Shown: positions 25,380 through 36,859 of the stretch, in pieces | Position numbering within the stretch: position 1 is the first letter of the stretch | How the letters are laid out: the number at the start of each line of letters is the position of its first letter | DNA from: Tubiluchus corallicola | Lineage: Eukaryota; Animalia; Priapulida | Length of the DNA stretch: 64,000 bases | Direction of reading: 5' to 3' | Assembly: GCA_030141605.1 (NCBI GenBank) | Contig: JAQGDQ010000023.1 | Location: 868,001-932,000, forward strand | Position numbers and translations under genes: made by a program | The notes under the pieces: model-generated | Seen by the model: only the letters and a program-made list of their open reading frames with translations | What the model was told of the DNA's origin: nothing | The model's database searches: none

Positions 25380-26528
25380 GGAGGGAGGGAGGGAAAGAGG
25401 GAGGGAGGGAAAGAGAGATATGCAAGCTTTATGGTCTGCTGTGCAAGGTTACAATTTGTAAATCACTTTCATTTCTAATTTTAATTTATTGAAAAAAATT
25501 GTTCTGACAATACCAGTCATAGTATTTAAGCTGTGCAGGCAGGCAGAATTTGTATTTACACAAGCTCTAAGCCGTGCGTAAAATTACAATCTATCAAACT
25601 TAAGAAGGTTTTTACGAAAACTGGTTCCGTGGGTAGCTTTAACAATTTTCTTACGCACTCAATATTACGAAAAAGTTGTATGTAAGAAATTAATGAATCT
25701 AGTCCCAGGCTTCCCAGATATGGAAAGTGATCCACCTGGCACAGCAGCATGTTAGAAATGATGACGTTAGACCACATTGCCAACAAAACAATTAACTCAC
25801 TTGAACTGCTTGCTTAGCTTAGCAGCTAAATCATATTATCTATTCCATACGAGGTCTCTAGGTAATGTATAAAATTGCTAGGAAAAGTTTGATTCAACAT
25901 AAATTATGTTCATGTTTTTACATTGCCACAGTCAATAAACACATTTTATATAAATCCTAGCTTTTATATAAAACATCTAGGCAAAGTGTGAAATTCAAAC
26001 AGATCTCCACACTTTTCCAGAAATGAAGAGCTGTTATATGAAATGACTAGGAATTTTACAAAATGTCTAAATTTTACACATTGCCTATATATACTTGAAT
26101 GTCATATGCTAACAAAACATAATATACAAGTATATCACAAAATAACACCAACAAAAAGGCCCTATCAACATAATAGATAATAGATTACAAGGAGTAGAAA
26201 CTGACTGGGCACATATAATAAAACCAGTATTAGTATTAGGGCAATTTAAGTCAGTGCTCACAGCACAAAACAAGTTATATGTGAAAAAAACAACTAAATA
26301 TACAACACTTGCATGTATATATCTTATGTGTTACCAGAAAACTTTGTAGAATTTTGTTATGCTTACCTGAATAAAAGTTGATTTGCCAGATCCTGCCATT
26401 CCTAGTATGACAATGCACACTGGCACAGAGCTATAGTCATGCTGCTGTTTATCAGCATCAACTGGGACAGCTGCAGCTCCCACTTTATCGATTCCACCTC
26501 CAGCCGCTTCATCCACATCAGCATTCAT
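12265..26528 (-). CDS. GPN1: GPN-loop GTPase 1 (XAB1/Npa3 orthologue), 10 coding exons, 385 aa
   Basis: Exons 26528-26367, 24455-24322, 23463-23359, 22977-22899, 21949-21809, 20821-20675, 19139-19057, 14973-14849, 13432-13346, 12359-12265 total 1158 nt in frame. Motifs [68 protein letters not shown], acidic tail. Confidence 0.96.
12890..13280 (-). mobile_element. degraded LINE ORF2 fragment
   Basis: Broken minus-strand frames reading [11 protein letters not shown] and DTAWNIGV, typical of RT thumb and downstream region. Confidence 0.35.
13346..13432 (-). CDS. GPN1: GPN1 coding exon 9
   Basis: ataacag|CA AGT..: [30 protein letters not shown]|gtactg; phase 1-1. Confidence 0.8.
13442..14459. 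repeat. 36-bp minisatellite, about 28 copies, in GPN1 intron 8
   Basis: Unit tccaagattatcaaactttacttaaaacatttatat; explains the 12-aa periodic ORFs at 13312 and 13326. Confidence 0.97.
14849..14973 (-). CDS. GPN1: GPN1 coding exon 8
   Basis: [31 protein letters not shown]; canonical sites. Confidence 0.92.
16030..16610. mobile_element. Kolobok-type element, copy 2
   Basis: 16220-16610 aligns by eye to 6300-6681 (cagtgct.ctgtacaacatt.., gttttgagctacag, gttttcctttaa); left end uncertain. Confidence 0.65.
16796..18562. mobile_element. Tigger/pogo-type MITE containing a nested hAT element
   Basis: TA|cagtaagtactcacttaa ... ttaagtgaggacttactg|TA; internal sequence shared with 52125-52818. Confidence 0.75.
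17574..18433. mobile_element. hAT-type MITE
   Basis: TIRs tagggatgtcacga / tcgtgacatctcta; perfect 8-bp TSD ctctggaa at 17566-17573 and 18434-18441; gattcg/aatcc subterminal motifs. Confidence 0.85.
19057..19139 (-). CDS. GPN1: GPN1 coding exon 7
   Basis: [29 protein letters not shown]|gtaagt. Confidence 0.93.
20675..20821 (-). CDS. GPN1: GPN1 coding exon 6
   Basis: [30 protein letters not shown]|gtaagg. Confidence 0.95.
21347..21469. repeat. imperfect palindrome (foldback), about 120 bp
   Basis: gtgcactaattatc..gaaacagttcaac mirrored by gttgaactgtttc..gataattagtgca. Confidence 0.8.
21809..21949 (-). CDS. GPN1: GPN1 coding exon 5
   Basis: [47 protein letters not shown]. Confidence 0.95.
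22070..22200 (-). mobile_element. tRNA-derived SINE head, degenerate
   Basis: Minus strand ggtaagagcatctgcctc..gtcccatGTTCAAATCCtagcc: A-box-like and B-box motifs at tRNA spacing; no intact cloverleaf. Confidence 0.55.
22899..22977 (-). CDS. GPN1: GPN1 coding exon 4 (GC donor)
   Basis: [26 protein letters not shown]|gcatgt. Confidence 0.93.
23359..23463 (-). CDS. GPN1: GPN1 coding exon 3 (GPN loop)
   Basis: [27 protein letters not shown].. Confidence 0.95.
23735..24130 (-). mobile_element. L2-clade LINE 3' fragment
   Basis: [18 protein letters not shown] and [21 protein letters not shown]...L..HLF, the typical L2 ORF2 C-terminus. Confidence 0.75.
24322..24455 (-). CDS. GPN1: GPN1 coding exon 2
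   Basis: [44 protein letters not shown]. Confidence 0.95.
25288..25420. repeat. compound purine-rich microsatellite (AGAC/GATA/GA/GGGA)
   Basis: Directly visible. Confidence 0.9.
26367..26528 (-). CDS. GPN1: GPN1 first coding exon (P-loop)
   Basis: [28 protein letters not shown]|gtaagc; acceptor ttttaag| 18 nt upstream (exon start 26546) implies a further upstream exon. Confidence 0.92.
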
Positions 26529-27340
26529 GACGTGACTCTTAAATACCTTAAAATTGAAAAAATCTTGCATGAAAATTGAAATCTATTGCGAAAATTTGGC
26601 AAGAAGATCGTAAGACTTCTGTAAAGTGGTGCATTAATGAACACAATGCTGTTCGGCAGAAAGAAATTTTTGTCTGCTATTCAATGCTTAGGTACACATT
26701 ATAATCCCAACCTCTTTCATCCTTTGATCAAGTGCTTAAAAATTTTAGGAATAAAATAATCTGAATTTGATAGCAAATTTTAAAGTCTGTTTCACCAAAT
26801 GGCATTTCATAAATATATAAATATTTGTTTTATGTTACATTTGTTTTCTTACGTTTATAAAAATCAAAATTTTTAGAAAAAATGCAAATCGATAGCCTAA
26901 AGTGGCATTTATGTAACTTGCGGATGCAGACGCGTTTCAATGCATCGTTTATGCAGCCTGCTGATGCGTTAAATATTCGTTTTCTGCAGCTATTTCCTAT
27001 TGATTTTTTTCTGTTGGTTATTTTGCAGGTTGGAAAACGCATCCACATCCACAAGTTAATTAAACGCCACTTAAGGCACTTAGATGTCAACCAAAAGTTA
27101 TCCAGAACTAAAACACAAAGGCACATAATCTAAAAATAAAAAATGCAAATACACAGATCCAAAAAAATAACAGAATAGAAGAGAATCCAAAACCTCCAAC
27201 ACTTTACTTTAGGTGAATCACATAAGACTGACAAAAATAATACGGTAAAAATTACACTTTTGCAATAGCTTGCAAAATATGAGAAAATTTGGAGCATTAA
27301 CTAAGGTCATCCCATATGCGGCAATTTCTTAACGAAAGGG

Positions 27341-27565
27341 CAGGACTGGCTCCGGGTAAAAGTATTTTAACGCCCCCTCCTCAAAGGTCAATCCTTTCCC
27401 CCCGCGGTTCTCTCTACACACAAAATAGTGAATTGACACAGACACTGTGCTATTACTTATACTAAACTTAAAAATTAAAGAATTACTTCCAGAATTTGCC
27501 CTTTGTCCACAAAATTTGGTGCCCTAGGCCAAATGGCTATTTGCCTAGTGGTAGAGCCACCCCTG
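27341..27565. mobile_element. hAT-type MITE
   Basis: caggactggctc / gagccacccctg termini; 8-bp flanks cgaaaggg / tgaaaggg. Confidence 0.7.
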
Positions 27566-27604
27566 TGAAAGGGTATTTGCTACAACTAACAAACATGTTG
27601 TCAT

Positions 27605-28020
27605 TAAAGCAAAACAAACCAGACCAAATCTTAAACTGTAGGTTAAAACAATCTACTCTTTAAAAGATTGAAAGGAAACATGTTCAAAAATGACTTACGT
27701 GAAAGAATTATTACCACACAAACACAACTAGTTCCTCCCTGTTACATTTCGTCATTTGCTAGTTAGACGGGCACTAGCTCCTGCATTTCGGAAACACATT
27801 GCAGAAAAAATGTGCTGTACCTCTCAGTTCAGATGTGTTAGTTTGGACTAACTACACACGTTCGACATCTCATGAGTGAGCACAGCGATAAACTTGAAAT
27901 TTGAATTCTTATCTTAAAACTTGCCTAGTTTTAGTACAACACACTGAATATTTTACAGTAGCACTGTTTTCGCAAACACGTGCACATGCTCGTGGAATAA
28001 TTTTGCAGTTAAAAATTATG
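27605..28020 (-). mobile_element. Kolobok-type element, copy 3 (inverted, partial)
   Basis: ttagacgggcactagc.cctgcattt.ggaaac and agcacagcg.taaacttgaaatttgaatt are reverse complements of 6357-6510. Confidence 0.7.
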
Positions 28021-29534
28021 TTAGTTCGTGGTATCATCAATAGTTGGGCTAGCCCACTTTAATTAAGCTTTTAATCAATTATTTAATTACCAGAAATGCT
28101 TTTGCAGAATAAATTGTTAAAATGTATATTTTTATCAGATTTGAAAATGGGGTAGTATATGAAAAATCATCTTGTCTTCCTTTAAACTAAATATGTCCAC
28201 ATAGCCCAGTGGCAGCATAATGGAAGAAATCAGTTCAACATAGAGCAAGCTGGTAATGATGAGCCTGCAATATACCACTTAGAATGAAATTAACTGCTGG
28301 TCTGTTATTGTGAATAACAAGGACAAAACAAGTTTAAATTTCAATCAGTTTCATAAGTTTAGCAGACATAATTAAGAAATTTAGTTAGTTATATATTAAA
28401 TTTTAATACTAAGACGGGCAAGCAGGATATCACACTCTACAGAGCAATTGCATTAAATGTATTTGTGACCCTCTGAATTGTAAAATTTTTGTAAGTCTTT
28501 GTAGAAATTTAATATGAATAATAGTTAAGGTGTTGAAAATTGCACAACCTACTGCTGTAAATACACACTTAAATAATGATCTTGCCTCTTATCAATTATT
28601 ATAATCTTAATATCAAGATTATTATTATTATTAATGGACAAGTCTACAATCAATTAAATTTTGCATCAAATTTGAAAGCAGAAAATGCGAAGAAATGAGA
28701 ATGCAGCCTGAATTTGAATCACTGATGTTCTGCTTATATTGCAGATACCTTACAATATCTGCTAGGTCACCTCATCTCACCGTGATCAATTTGTAATTGC
28801 AAATGTAATTTATTATCAAGACAGTCCAAATTTCGTCCTTTATAGCGTTAGTGTCAAAAAAGATAAAATTAGTAACGGATAATCAGCAAGAGTGCAGGCA
28901 ATCGGCAGGGTCTAGACAATCGATAATAATAGAGATCGTATGTACCATAAAATTAAAAAAAGGACAAATTTCTTAGCATGTTTGGTTTATTTTAGTATTA
29001 TTGCTTAAACTTAGAAAAATATTATGAAGAAATAAACTTAGAAAAATATAATGGTGGCTGCCGCCACTCACTTAAAAACTGTGCTGTATCTGGAGGACTT
29101 CATGACTTTTCGCAAGCGCGTCGCAGTTTTCCATAAGTGTACGCTGCTATTCAAACTTTTGCAGCTTAGTGAGCTTACCTACGATTCATGCAAAACTATC
29201 ATAAAATTAGTTGTCTAATTTTGTGTAAATACTTACTATATTTTGCACAGAAATTGACAGTGCATTGGTTTTCTTCAGCCGATGAACGACATCATCCGTA
29301 AAAGAATGAGCGTTCAAAATGGGAGAGCCGAAGCGTGAAATGATCGCGACTTTAAGTTGATTTTACAAAATACACAAGGTACTTATCACACTTTTATTAC
29401 TAAATGCTTCTAACTTTTTTCATGAACATTGAAATAAGCCTAACTTCCCGAAAGGCTTAATCTTTCTGCAAAAAATATTTAGTAAAATCACCTTAAAGTT
29501 GCGACCATATTACTTTCTTCTAGATCTAATAAAT

Positions 29535-29815
29535 ATATTATAGGGTGCATTTATAGGCTCGTCCTCGTCTGCAGACAACAATCAATTACTTTTAAACCTG
29601 TTTGATGCCAAGTCACACTATAAGAACACCAAACTAATTATTGTAGGAGACTTTAATATGATACGACTCACTGCTATGCACTGGAGCAAAATGACTAAGC
29701 ACGACCGGAATGACACACTCTTAGAGGCTCAGTCCATGGGTACTGTATGCAAAAATCTACTATACCAATAACAATTACAATTCGTTACATGGACCAAAAT
29801 CCCAGCTACCTGGAT
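29535..29815 (+). mobile_element. CR1-type APE endonuclease fragment
   Basis: IIGCIYR..SADNNQLL.. and LIIVGDFN motifs. Confidence 0.6.
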
Positions 29816-30189
29816 TTAAAGGGGGAATATCACCAAAATTAAGTTGAGCTTGAATAACTCGCGATTATATTGCGAGTAGAAATACGTACCATTCTTCACG
29901 AAAATTTCATGTTTAAGAATCCTTGGAAAAAGTTCAGATAAAGTTTTACACAAGACGAACATTTGACTAGGCCACCATTGAATATGGACCTGCGCACCCG
30001 CCTCTGGTGATGAAAATTGCCGTATTACAGATGAAACTTGGCAAAAGTTCCAAGGGGAGAACGACTGTACACAACACTTGTTTGAGTATTTGTTTGCATC
30101 GACAAGCAGTGTCAGCATACAGTACTTTTACACAGTTTATACCAAGTGACGTAAAGATTAGCTTATTGTGGATTAAATGCGTGATTTGC

Positions 30190-30270
30190 TCGGTTTTGGT
30201 CATCGTCATTGTTAGACGGGATGCAGCAGCCAGACGGAAAGTGTCGGGATAAGAAGCCAAATTATAGAAA
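30190..30270. promoter_or_regulatory. candidate GPN1 promoter region
   Basis: Locally CpG-rich with ETS-like CGGAAA; position upstream of GPN1 fits; inference only. Confidence 0.25.
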
Positions 30271-31829
30271 CTTTTAGTTTCCAATGAGCAACAGAAAATT
30301 ATTGAAACAATCCAAAAAAGCTGGATTCACTCTTACAAACTGTGTGATAATTTCTCAGCTGTTTGCTTTGAAACATGAGTTTAGAACATGATGAACTCTA
30401 GTGTTAAAAATATTGTGCTTACACTTCGGACAGATTTAGTCAGATGCAGTTTTTGATACTGTCTTTTTTAATTTGTTTCATTTTAAGCCCTAGTGCATAG
30501 TTTATCAATGCAGTTTAGTCATCCCAGATTTGTATCCATTTCAATCAAAATATCACAATTACTTTACGTAATGCAATTTTTTGCACTAAACTTTTATTTA
30601 TTATGCTTCTTCTTCCTGAATTTTGAATATTAACTAAAGAAAAAGACATTGTAAATCGTAAACTGACAACTGTAAATCGTTGATCCTTACACCATAAACA
30701 ATGACTTCAGTATATTTGGCAATATGTGTACCACAAAGAGTGTTGTACTATATTATTTTGTACTACATATACTTTTTTCAGCTTTGTAATAGAATAAGTG
30801 TCAGAATAACCTTGCTTGAGATAACAAAATAAATAATTATTTTGTCATCGAACCACATCATATTGTAAGTTTTTTATTTTGTAAATGTGGACAATAATAC
30901 GTTAATAATAAATGTATTATTATCATTAATTTTATTTCAGTCCAACTGACCACAAGAATTTTATTTAATTCCAATATTTAAATAATACTGCTGTGTAAAA
31001 ATAAACACAACATGCAACATGCTGTTATCATGCAAAACCAAAAACTAATGAACAGCAGTTAAAGTTCTGGTTGATATTAACAGTCTCACTGATTCAACTG
31101 ATTGAAACACGACAAAGTTAAAAATGTTCATATAATTCATATTAATCAATAATTCTACAGCTAGTATGTTATAGTCTCTGTGTCCATGGGGTTCACATAT
31201 TTTTTGTCAAGGCTGATAAAATGAAGCTGTAACTAAAAATTGTCATACTAGCATTATAATTATGCTTCAGTGTTTACAAATTCATTAATTCTTCTAGCAG
31301 AATGAAGTTACTTTATCGGACTTGTTTTACAAGAAAAGAACTTTTGTTACCAAGGCCCACACTTCTGCAGCTTGTACTGCTGACAATATTTTCAATAATG
31401 CCACAAGAATTTTCACAATATGCTGTAGGCCAGTCTACTTTGCGCAATGATTGTTTACACATTTATTAGAATATAGCTTTTGCAGAATTTGATGAAAATG
31501 TGACTGAGCACAACGACAATCGTTTCTATGAGCTGGCTACCTATCCGACGCAAGGTCAAATGCTGTAATGTAGTAATAACAGCTTTATTTTTAGCCCAGT
31601 TGCATACGACAGTATCACGGGTACACTCTACTACGTTATCAGCAGAGCTGCGCTAGTTCAATTTTTTTCACCGAGAGAGGCGTAAGTGCAGCTCCATAGT
31701 ATTTCCCGCAAGATACAAAAAAGTTAATTACTCATTAATTAGACAACGTACTGCTAAAAAAATTCACCAAGTTGTTCACGGGCAACTATAAAATAAGCTT
31801 AACTTGATTTTCATGATATTCCCTCTTTA

Positions 31830-33990
31830 ATTTTTACAAATGATCCAGAACTTGTTTGTGATGTAAATGTTAACAAACCACTTGGAAAAGCTGACCATAA
31901 CATCTTAAATTTTGACACATGTACAGATGTAGTACAAACACTCAAGCTCATTTTTCTGGAAAGAATTTTTTTAAAGCAAACTACGGCTAATTGAATAACA
32001 TATTCTTGCAATCAAACTAGGAGGAAGCAATAACATATAAGCCTAATCTAACAACAACAACTTTTTTTACCAATTTATGGAAACAATGAACCAGTTTACA
32101 CCTGTAACTATGTCGAGTAAAACCGGTAAACTCAAACCAGCCTAGATGACAAAAGAAGCTCTTCAAGCTGTAAAATCCAAACGTGCTAAATGGAGATTAT
32201 ACTGTGCTAGGTGAGATCTTACTAGTTTCAACTTGTACGCTCGATAAAGAAATACTACCACTCAAACTATAAGAAAAGCAAAAAATTACGAAAAACGATT
32301 AGCAATGTCAATAAAATCGCATCCCAAATGCTTCTGGGAGTATGTCAACAACAATTTAAAGAAACGTGACAAGGTCCCTACATTAAAGGAAAATGGAGAG
32401 GAAGTTGTTGATGATGCATGCACAGCTGAACTACTTAACGAACATTTCTTTAGTGTTTTCATGGAAGAAGATGATCGAGCTGCTGTACCAGTCACCCGTA
32501 CGAACACACTGATCAACACTGTTTGCATTACTGAAGAGAATGTATCCAAAGCCATAATTGATCTCAAAGCTGATTCCTCCATGGCACAAGATGGTATTTA
32601 CCCATTTGCAAAAAAAAACAATTAGTAGCAAATTTAACAACACTATTAGTATTATTTTTAAAAGAAAGTCAATTAGTGAGAGCAAATTACCACAAGTATG
32701 GAAGAATTCAACTGAGTCTCCAATTTTTAAGAAAGAGTGAACTAAAAATTAACTATAGACCGATAAGCTTATATGTAAATGTAAATGTAAATTTACATCA
32801 ATTATATGTAAATTTCTTAAGTAATTAGAAATACTATTTATGACCATCTAGGTATCAATGAGCCATATTACCCTCTCAATATGGATTCATAAAAGGAATT
32901 TCCTACATTTTAAACCTACTTGAGTCTTTAAATGACTGGCAAGAAGCTCTGGACAAAGGATTTTCTGTTGACGTAATATTTTACGATTTGCAGAAAGTTC
33001 CACACAGAAAGTTAAAACTTGCCACCCATGGCATCACTGGCAATCTCTACCACTGGACAGAAGACTTTCTTAAAGACCGCTCACAATGCATTAGAATAAA
33101 CTCTGAGAAACCTTCATGGAGACCCGTTAGGAGCCTAGTGCCACAGGGAAGTGTATTAGGGCCTATACCATTCCTTATGTTAATCAACGATGTATCAGAC
33201 AATTTAAATTTATCACTGAAAATGCTTGCTGATGATACCAAAATCTACAGGATACTGAAGTCAAATATTGACTACCATAGATTCCAAAATGACCTCCACG
33301 GTTACAAACTTGGCAAATGCCTTTCAACGTGGAAAAGTGTAAGGTTCTACATCTAGGGAAAGACAAGGTAACTCCTGGCTACGCAATGATGCAAATCAGT
33401 CAGTTCCAATAATAGCAGTAACAAAACAGAAACTTGAGTGTTTTAATTTGACAAGTCTCTTACATTTGATGAATACATGGACGAAATGTCCAAACGAGCT
33501 AGGAAACGATTATGGATGATAAGGTGCTGTTTCACCTATATGGACATTGATATGGCAGCCATTTTATATAAAACATTCGTAAGACCAACATTAGACCACT
33601 GTGATGTAATTTGATGTCCATCCAAACTTCAAGCAGTACATAAGGTAGAATCTATTCAACACAAGGTCACCAAATTAGTACCATCAATCAAAGATCTAAC
33701 ACATGTACAGAGAATGCAGAGACTGAATTTGGCATCCATATGTTGCAGAAGAAAAAGAGGTGACCAAATCATGCTGCATATATACAACAACCTTACAAGA
33801 ATTGATAGCAGAAAATATTTTTTAGTTAATCCATGTGGAGCAGGATACAAGATTACAAAGCCCAGATGTAGAAACAAGAACAGATTCATTTACAGAGTGA
33901 TAAATGATTAGAATTCCCTCATTGATATGGAGCACCACATCAGCAGATCAATATAAGAAGAAACTAGACATCTATTGATTTTGGAAGACC
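31830..33990 (+). mobile_element. decayed CR1 LINE ORF2 (endonuclease end, RT, 3' region)
   Basis: PLGKADH, PKCFWEYV, NYRPISL, KVPHRKL, VPQGSVLGP, LADDTKIY, WQMPFNVEKCKV; many stops and frameshifts. Confidence 0.92.
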
Positions 33991-34902
33991 ATCCAATGAG
34001 GTTCCACAATCTGTTCAAGCCTGAGTGGATTCTAAACGGTTTTAAAATCCAAGTCTTCTGCAACACCATTCCGTTTATCATAAACCAACATATCTGACCT
34101 GTGTGCCATACCACCACTGACATTGCTGCCTCACCATACCATGACAACTGCCGCTAGACAGCACGTCCACTTGAGAGACAACTTTAGAGAGAAAATATAA
34201 ATGTAAAATGCTAGAGAGAAAACGTGTGATAAAACAATTTACAGAGGTTTAACAGAGAAACAACTATGGGCAAAAAGCCTACGCATAGGCTTCGCCTAGA
34301 CGATCTACGATAAAAAACCTAGCCCAAAATCCCAGCTTTAAAGAAATGCGAAAGTGCAGGCTTCCGTACTTTTAAGCCCTCTTAAGAAACATAAGAAGGT
34401 AATTATATTGCCATTCGTTTAACATCAGGAATATTTTTTGATACGTACAAAACGCTTTTCGAAACGTTGACACGCTCATCCTAGCCAATCTGAGTAATCT
34501 TTTGTTTGGCATTGCAATTTCTATTGCGACCATTGAGGAACCGCGTCATGGATAGAAATACACAATGATCAGAATCTGATAAGTATAATTCAGTGACTGA
34601 GTGATAACACAAAAATAATTAATTCTTATGACGTTAGCTGTAATAACAACATTAGCAGTAATAACAAATTTAAATATCCCAAAATTAAAGATAACCAGGA
34701 AAAGGAGAAAAAATAATGTTTCAAACAGCCATTGCGCAGTTTTATTATGGTGGAAACTAAAAACAGACTTTAAAAAATCACAAGAAATTCTTATAATACA
34801 ATTTTTTAGTTTTTTAGTTGATGTTGTGACGACAGCAAAATGTTATTTGTTTTCTCGAACCTCACCCCTACAATATATGGCTTTTTTCATTAGTAATAAT
34901 AG

Positions 34903-35240
34903 TTAGGTGTGTGCATCGAAGGTTTGAATTCGATTCGAATGAGTTTTTTAAGTCGAATTCGATTCGAACCAAAAATTATAGATTCGAATGATTCAGCACT
35001 TCAACCACATATGTTCTTTATCATTAAAACATTTGAAATATCATGAATTAGCACAAGTTAGTTGCGATTTCTGTGCTTAATCTTTAAACGAATTATTAGT
35101 GGTTTTACTACAGAACAAAATCGGGTAATATGCATGATTTGTGTAACACTGCCTTTTTACTGGCAGTTCGAAAATCTTTACTACTTAGTTCGAATTCGAT
35201 TCAATTTCTAAATTCTAAAATTCGGTATTATTGACCCCAC
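34903..35240. mobile_element. probable hAT-type MITE remnant with TTCGAA repeats
   Basis: taggtgtgtgcatcg start; repeated ttcgaattcgattc at both ends. Confidence 0.45.
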
Positions 35241-35799
35241 AACAAGCTACCTATAACGAATTGTAGTGAGTTGACAATGTTAACCATTAATTTTAAGTGT
35301 ATAATAATAAGCAAAGAATCTTCAATTAAGTATATTGTAAATCTTTATTATCACGGGCACTCCGACTTTTGGAGGAATGTGTAGAACTTAGGATATAAGT
35401 AGGATTTAGTAATTGTAAGTTAACTAAAAAAACCAGTCAAATATATAGTTATTCGTAATTATATGCAAGGTGATCAATCAGAATCAATTGTAATGATTCG
35501 CGCAGTGGTTTCATGGCAATACAATTAATTTTACATTGAAAACCTGCATTTTTAATACTAATGTGTTTTAAATTATTTACCGGCCAATTAGTTCTCTACT
35601 TGTAAATATGTTTATGGTCAGTGCTAATTTTTAATAATGTATTTTAATATAGAAACTGTACGTTCTTAAAGAAATTCAATAATTAAAGAAACTACCTAAC
35701 GTGTTTTAATATGTATTACTACGATACAAATAATAACAATGATCTATTTTGATGTAATGGCTTGTAGTACTGCAACTGAGCGGCTATTACAATTTAATA

Positions 35800-36281
35800 A
35801 GCGTCTGCGCGCATATATATTGCACCATCTTATGTAAAATCCGATTTGTTGTCTATATACTTAAACGTGAGTCACTGAATATCATTTTTAATGTGGGTTC
35901 AGGGTTTTTCTCGATGGCGCATTATAAATACCACGCAAGGGGAAATTTCTTTGAAACAAGATTTTTAAACCAAGATTTTAGATACCTTTTATTTCATCAA
36001 ATCAAAATTGCATGTGGCCATTGTCATAATTTCTGTAGTCTAATCCCCCAAACAACGTCTTCTATCCTCTACCAGCCTCTACCCACGCCATAATGGAGGG
36101 ATTCTGACTTTGCGTGCGCATACCGGACTTTACAAGCAATTTTTATCGGCAAACACGTGAGTTTTAATAACCTACAACTGTGTTGTTATCGTGTTTCTGT
36201 AGTTTTTGTTTAAGTTGTTTCGTGGTGTGGTTACTGTTTTATTCCATTGCTTGTTAACTACGGTTTGCAAGTGATTTGTTG
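35800..36281 (+). promoter_or_regulatory. candidate MVP promoter and non-coding first exon
   Basis: CpG-enriched; tgcgcgca/tgcgtgcgca, TGAGTCA (35868), GGGAAATTTC (35940), TTCTTTGAA (35947); donor TTG|gtaagc at 36281/36282. The MVP ATG exon begins at an acceptor (41460), so an upstream exon must exist. Confidence 0.45.
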
Positions 36282-36339
36282 GTAAGCAATAAAGATTTAA
36301 TCAACTGGTACTATAATTTTACTTTACGTGTAGTTGGAA

Positions 36340-36840
36340 ATTGAATGGATTGGGAATTTTCTCTGTGGGACGAAACAATGTGTTATAGTCAATGGACGTC
36401 AAGTAAGTTGGGCAGATGTCATCAGTGGTATATCAAAAGACAGTGTTCTGTGCAATTCACGATCTACATAAGTGATTTGTTAGAAGTCTTTACCTGCATG
36501 TGGTAACAGCTTATTTGCACACGACACAAAAATATATGATAAAGCTTGTTGTCCTAAGGACAATGAGCACTTGCAAAACAGGACGTTGTATTGATCGAGC
36601 AGATCATTGGTGTTACCAATAGCAAATGAATTTTAATATTGAAAAGTGTGATTTATTAACCATTGGAAGACCAGATGTTGCAGATCACAAGTATGCTATA
36701 GCACAAGGACTAAGCCATGTAGAAACTACAAATGTCACTGAGCAAAAACACTTGGGCATCATTGTTGACAACATGCTTAAATTTCAAAGCCACATTAATC
36801 ATACTGTTAATAAAGCTCACAGAAGGCTTATGCTTATTCA
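36340..36840 (+). mobile_element. CR1 RT fragment
   Basis: WIGNFL..RQCVIVNG..W.DVISG, LFAHDTKIY, MNFNIEKC, HLGIIVDNMLKF. Confidence 0.85.
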
Positions 36841-36859
36841 GTGAAACTTCCCTTATTTG

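Noticed and set aside
34270-34300. Helitron 3' end (hairpin aagccta-cgca-taggctt then CTAG)
   Set aside because: Spacing to CTAG is short, no 5' end found, and it follows a CR1 3' region where such hairpins are expected.
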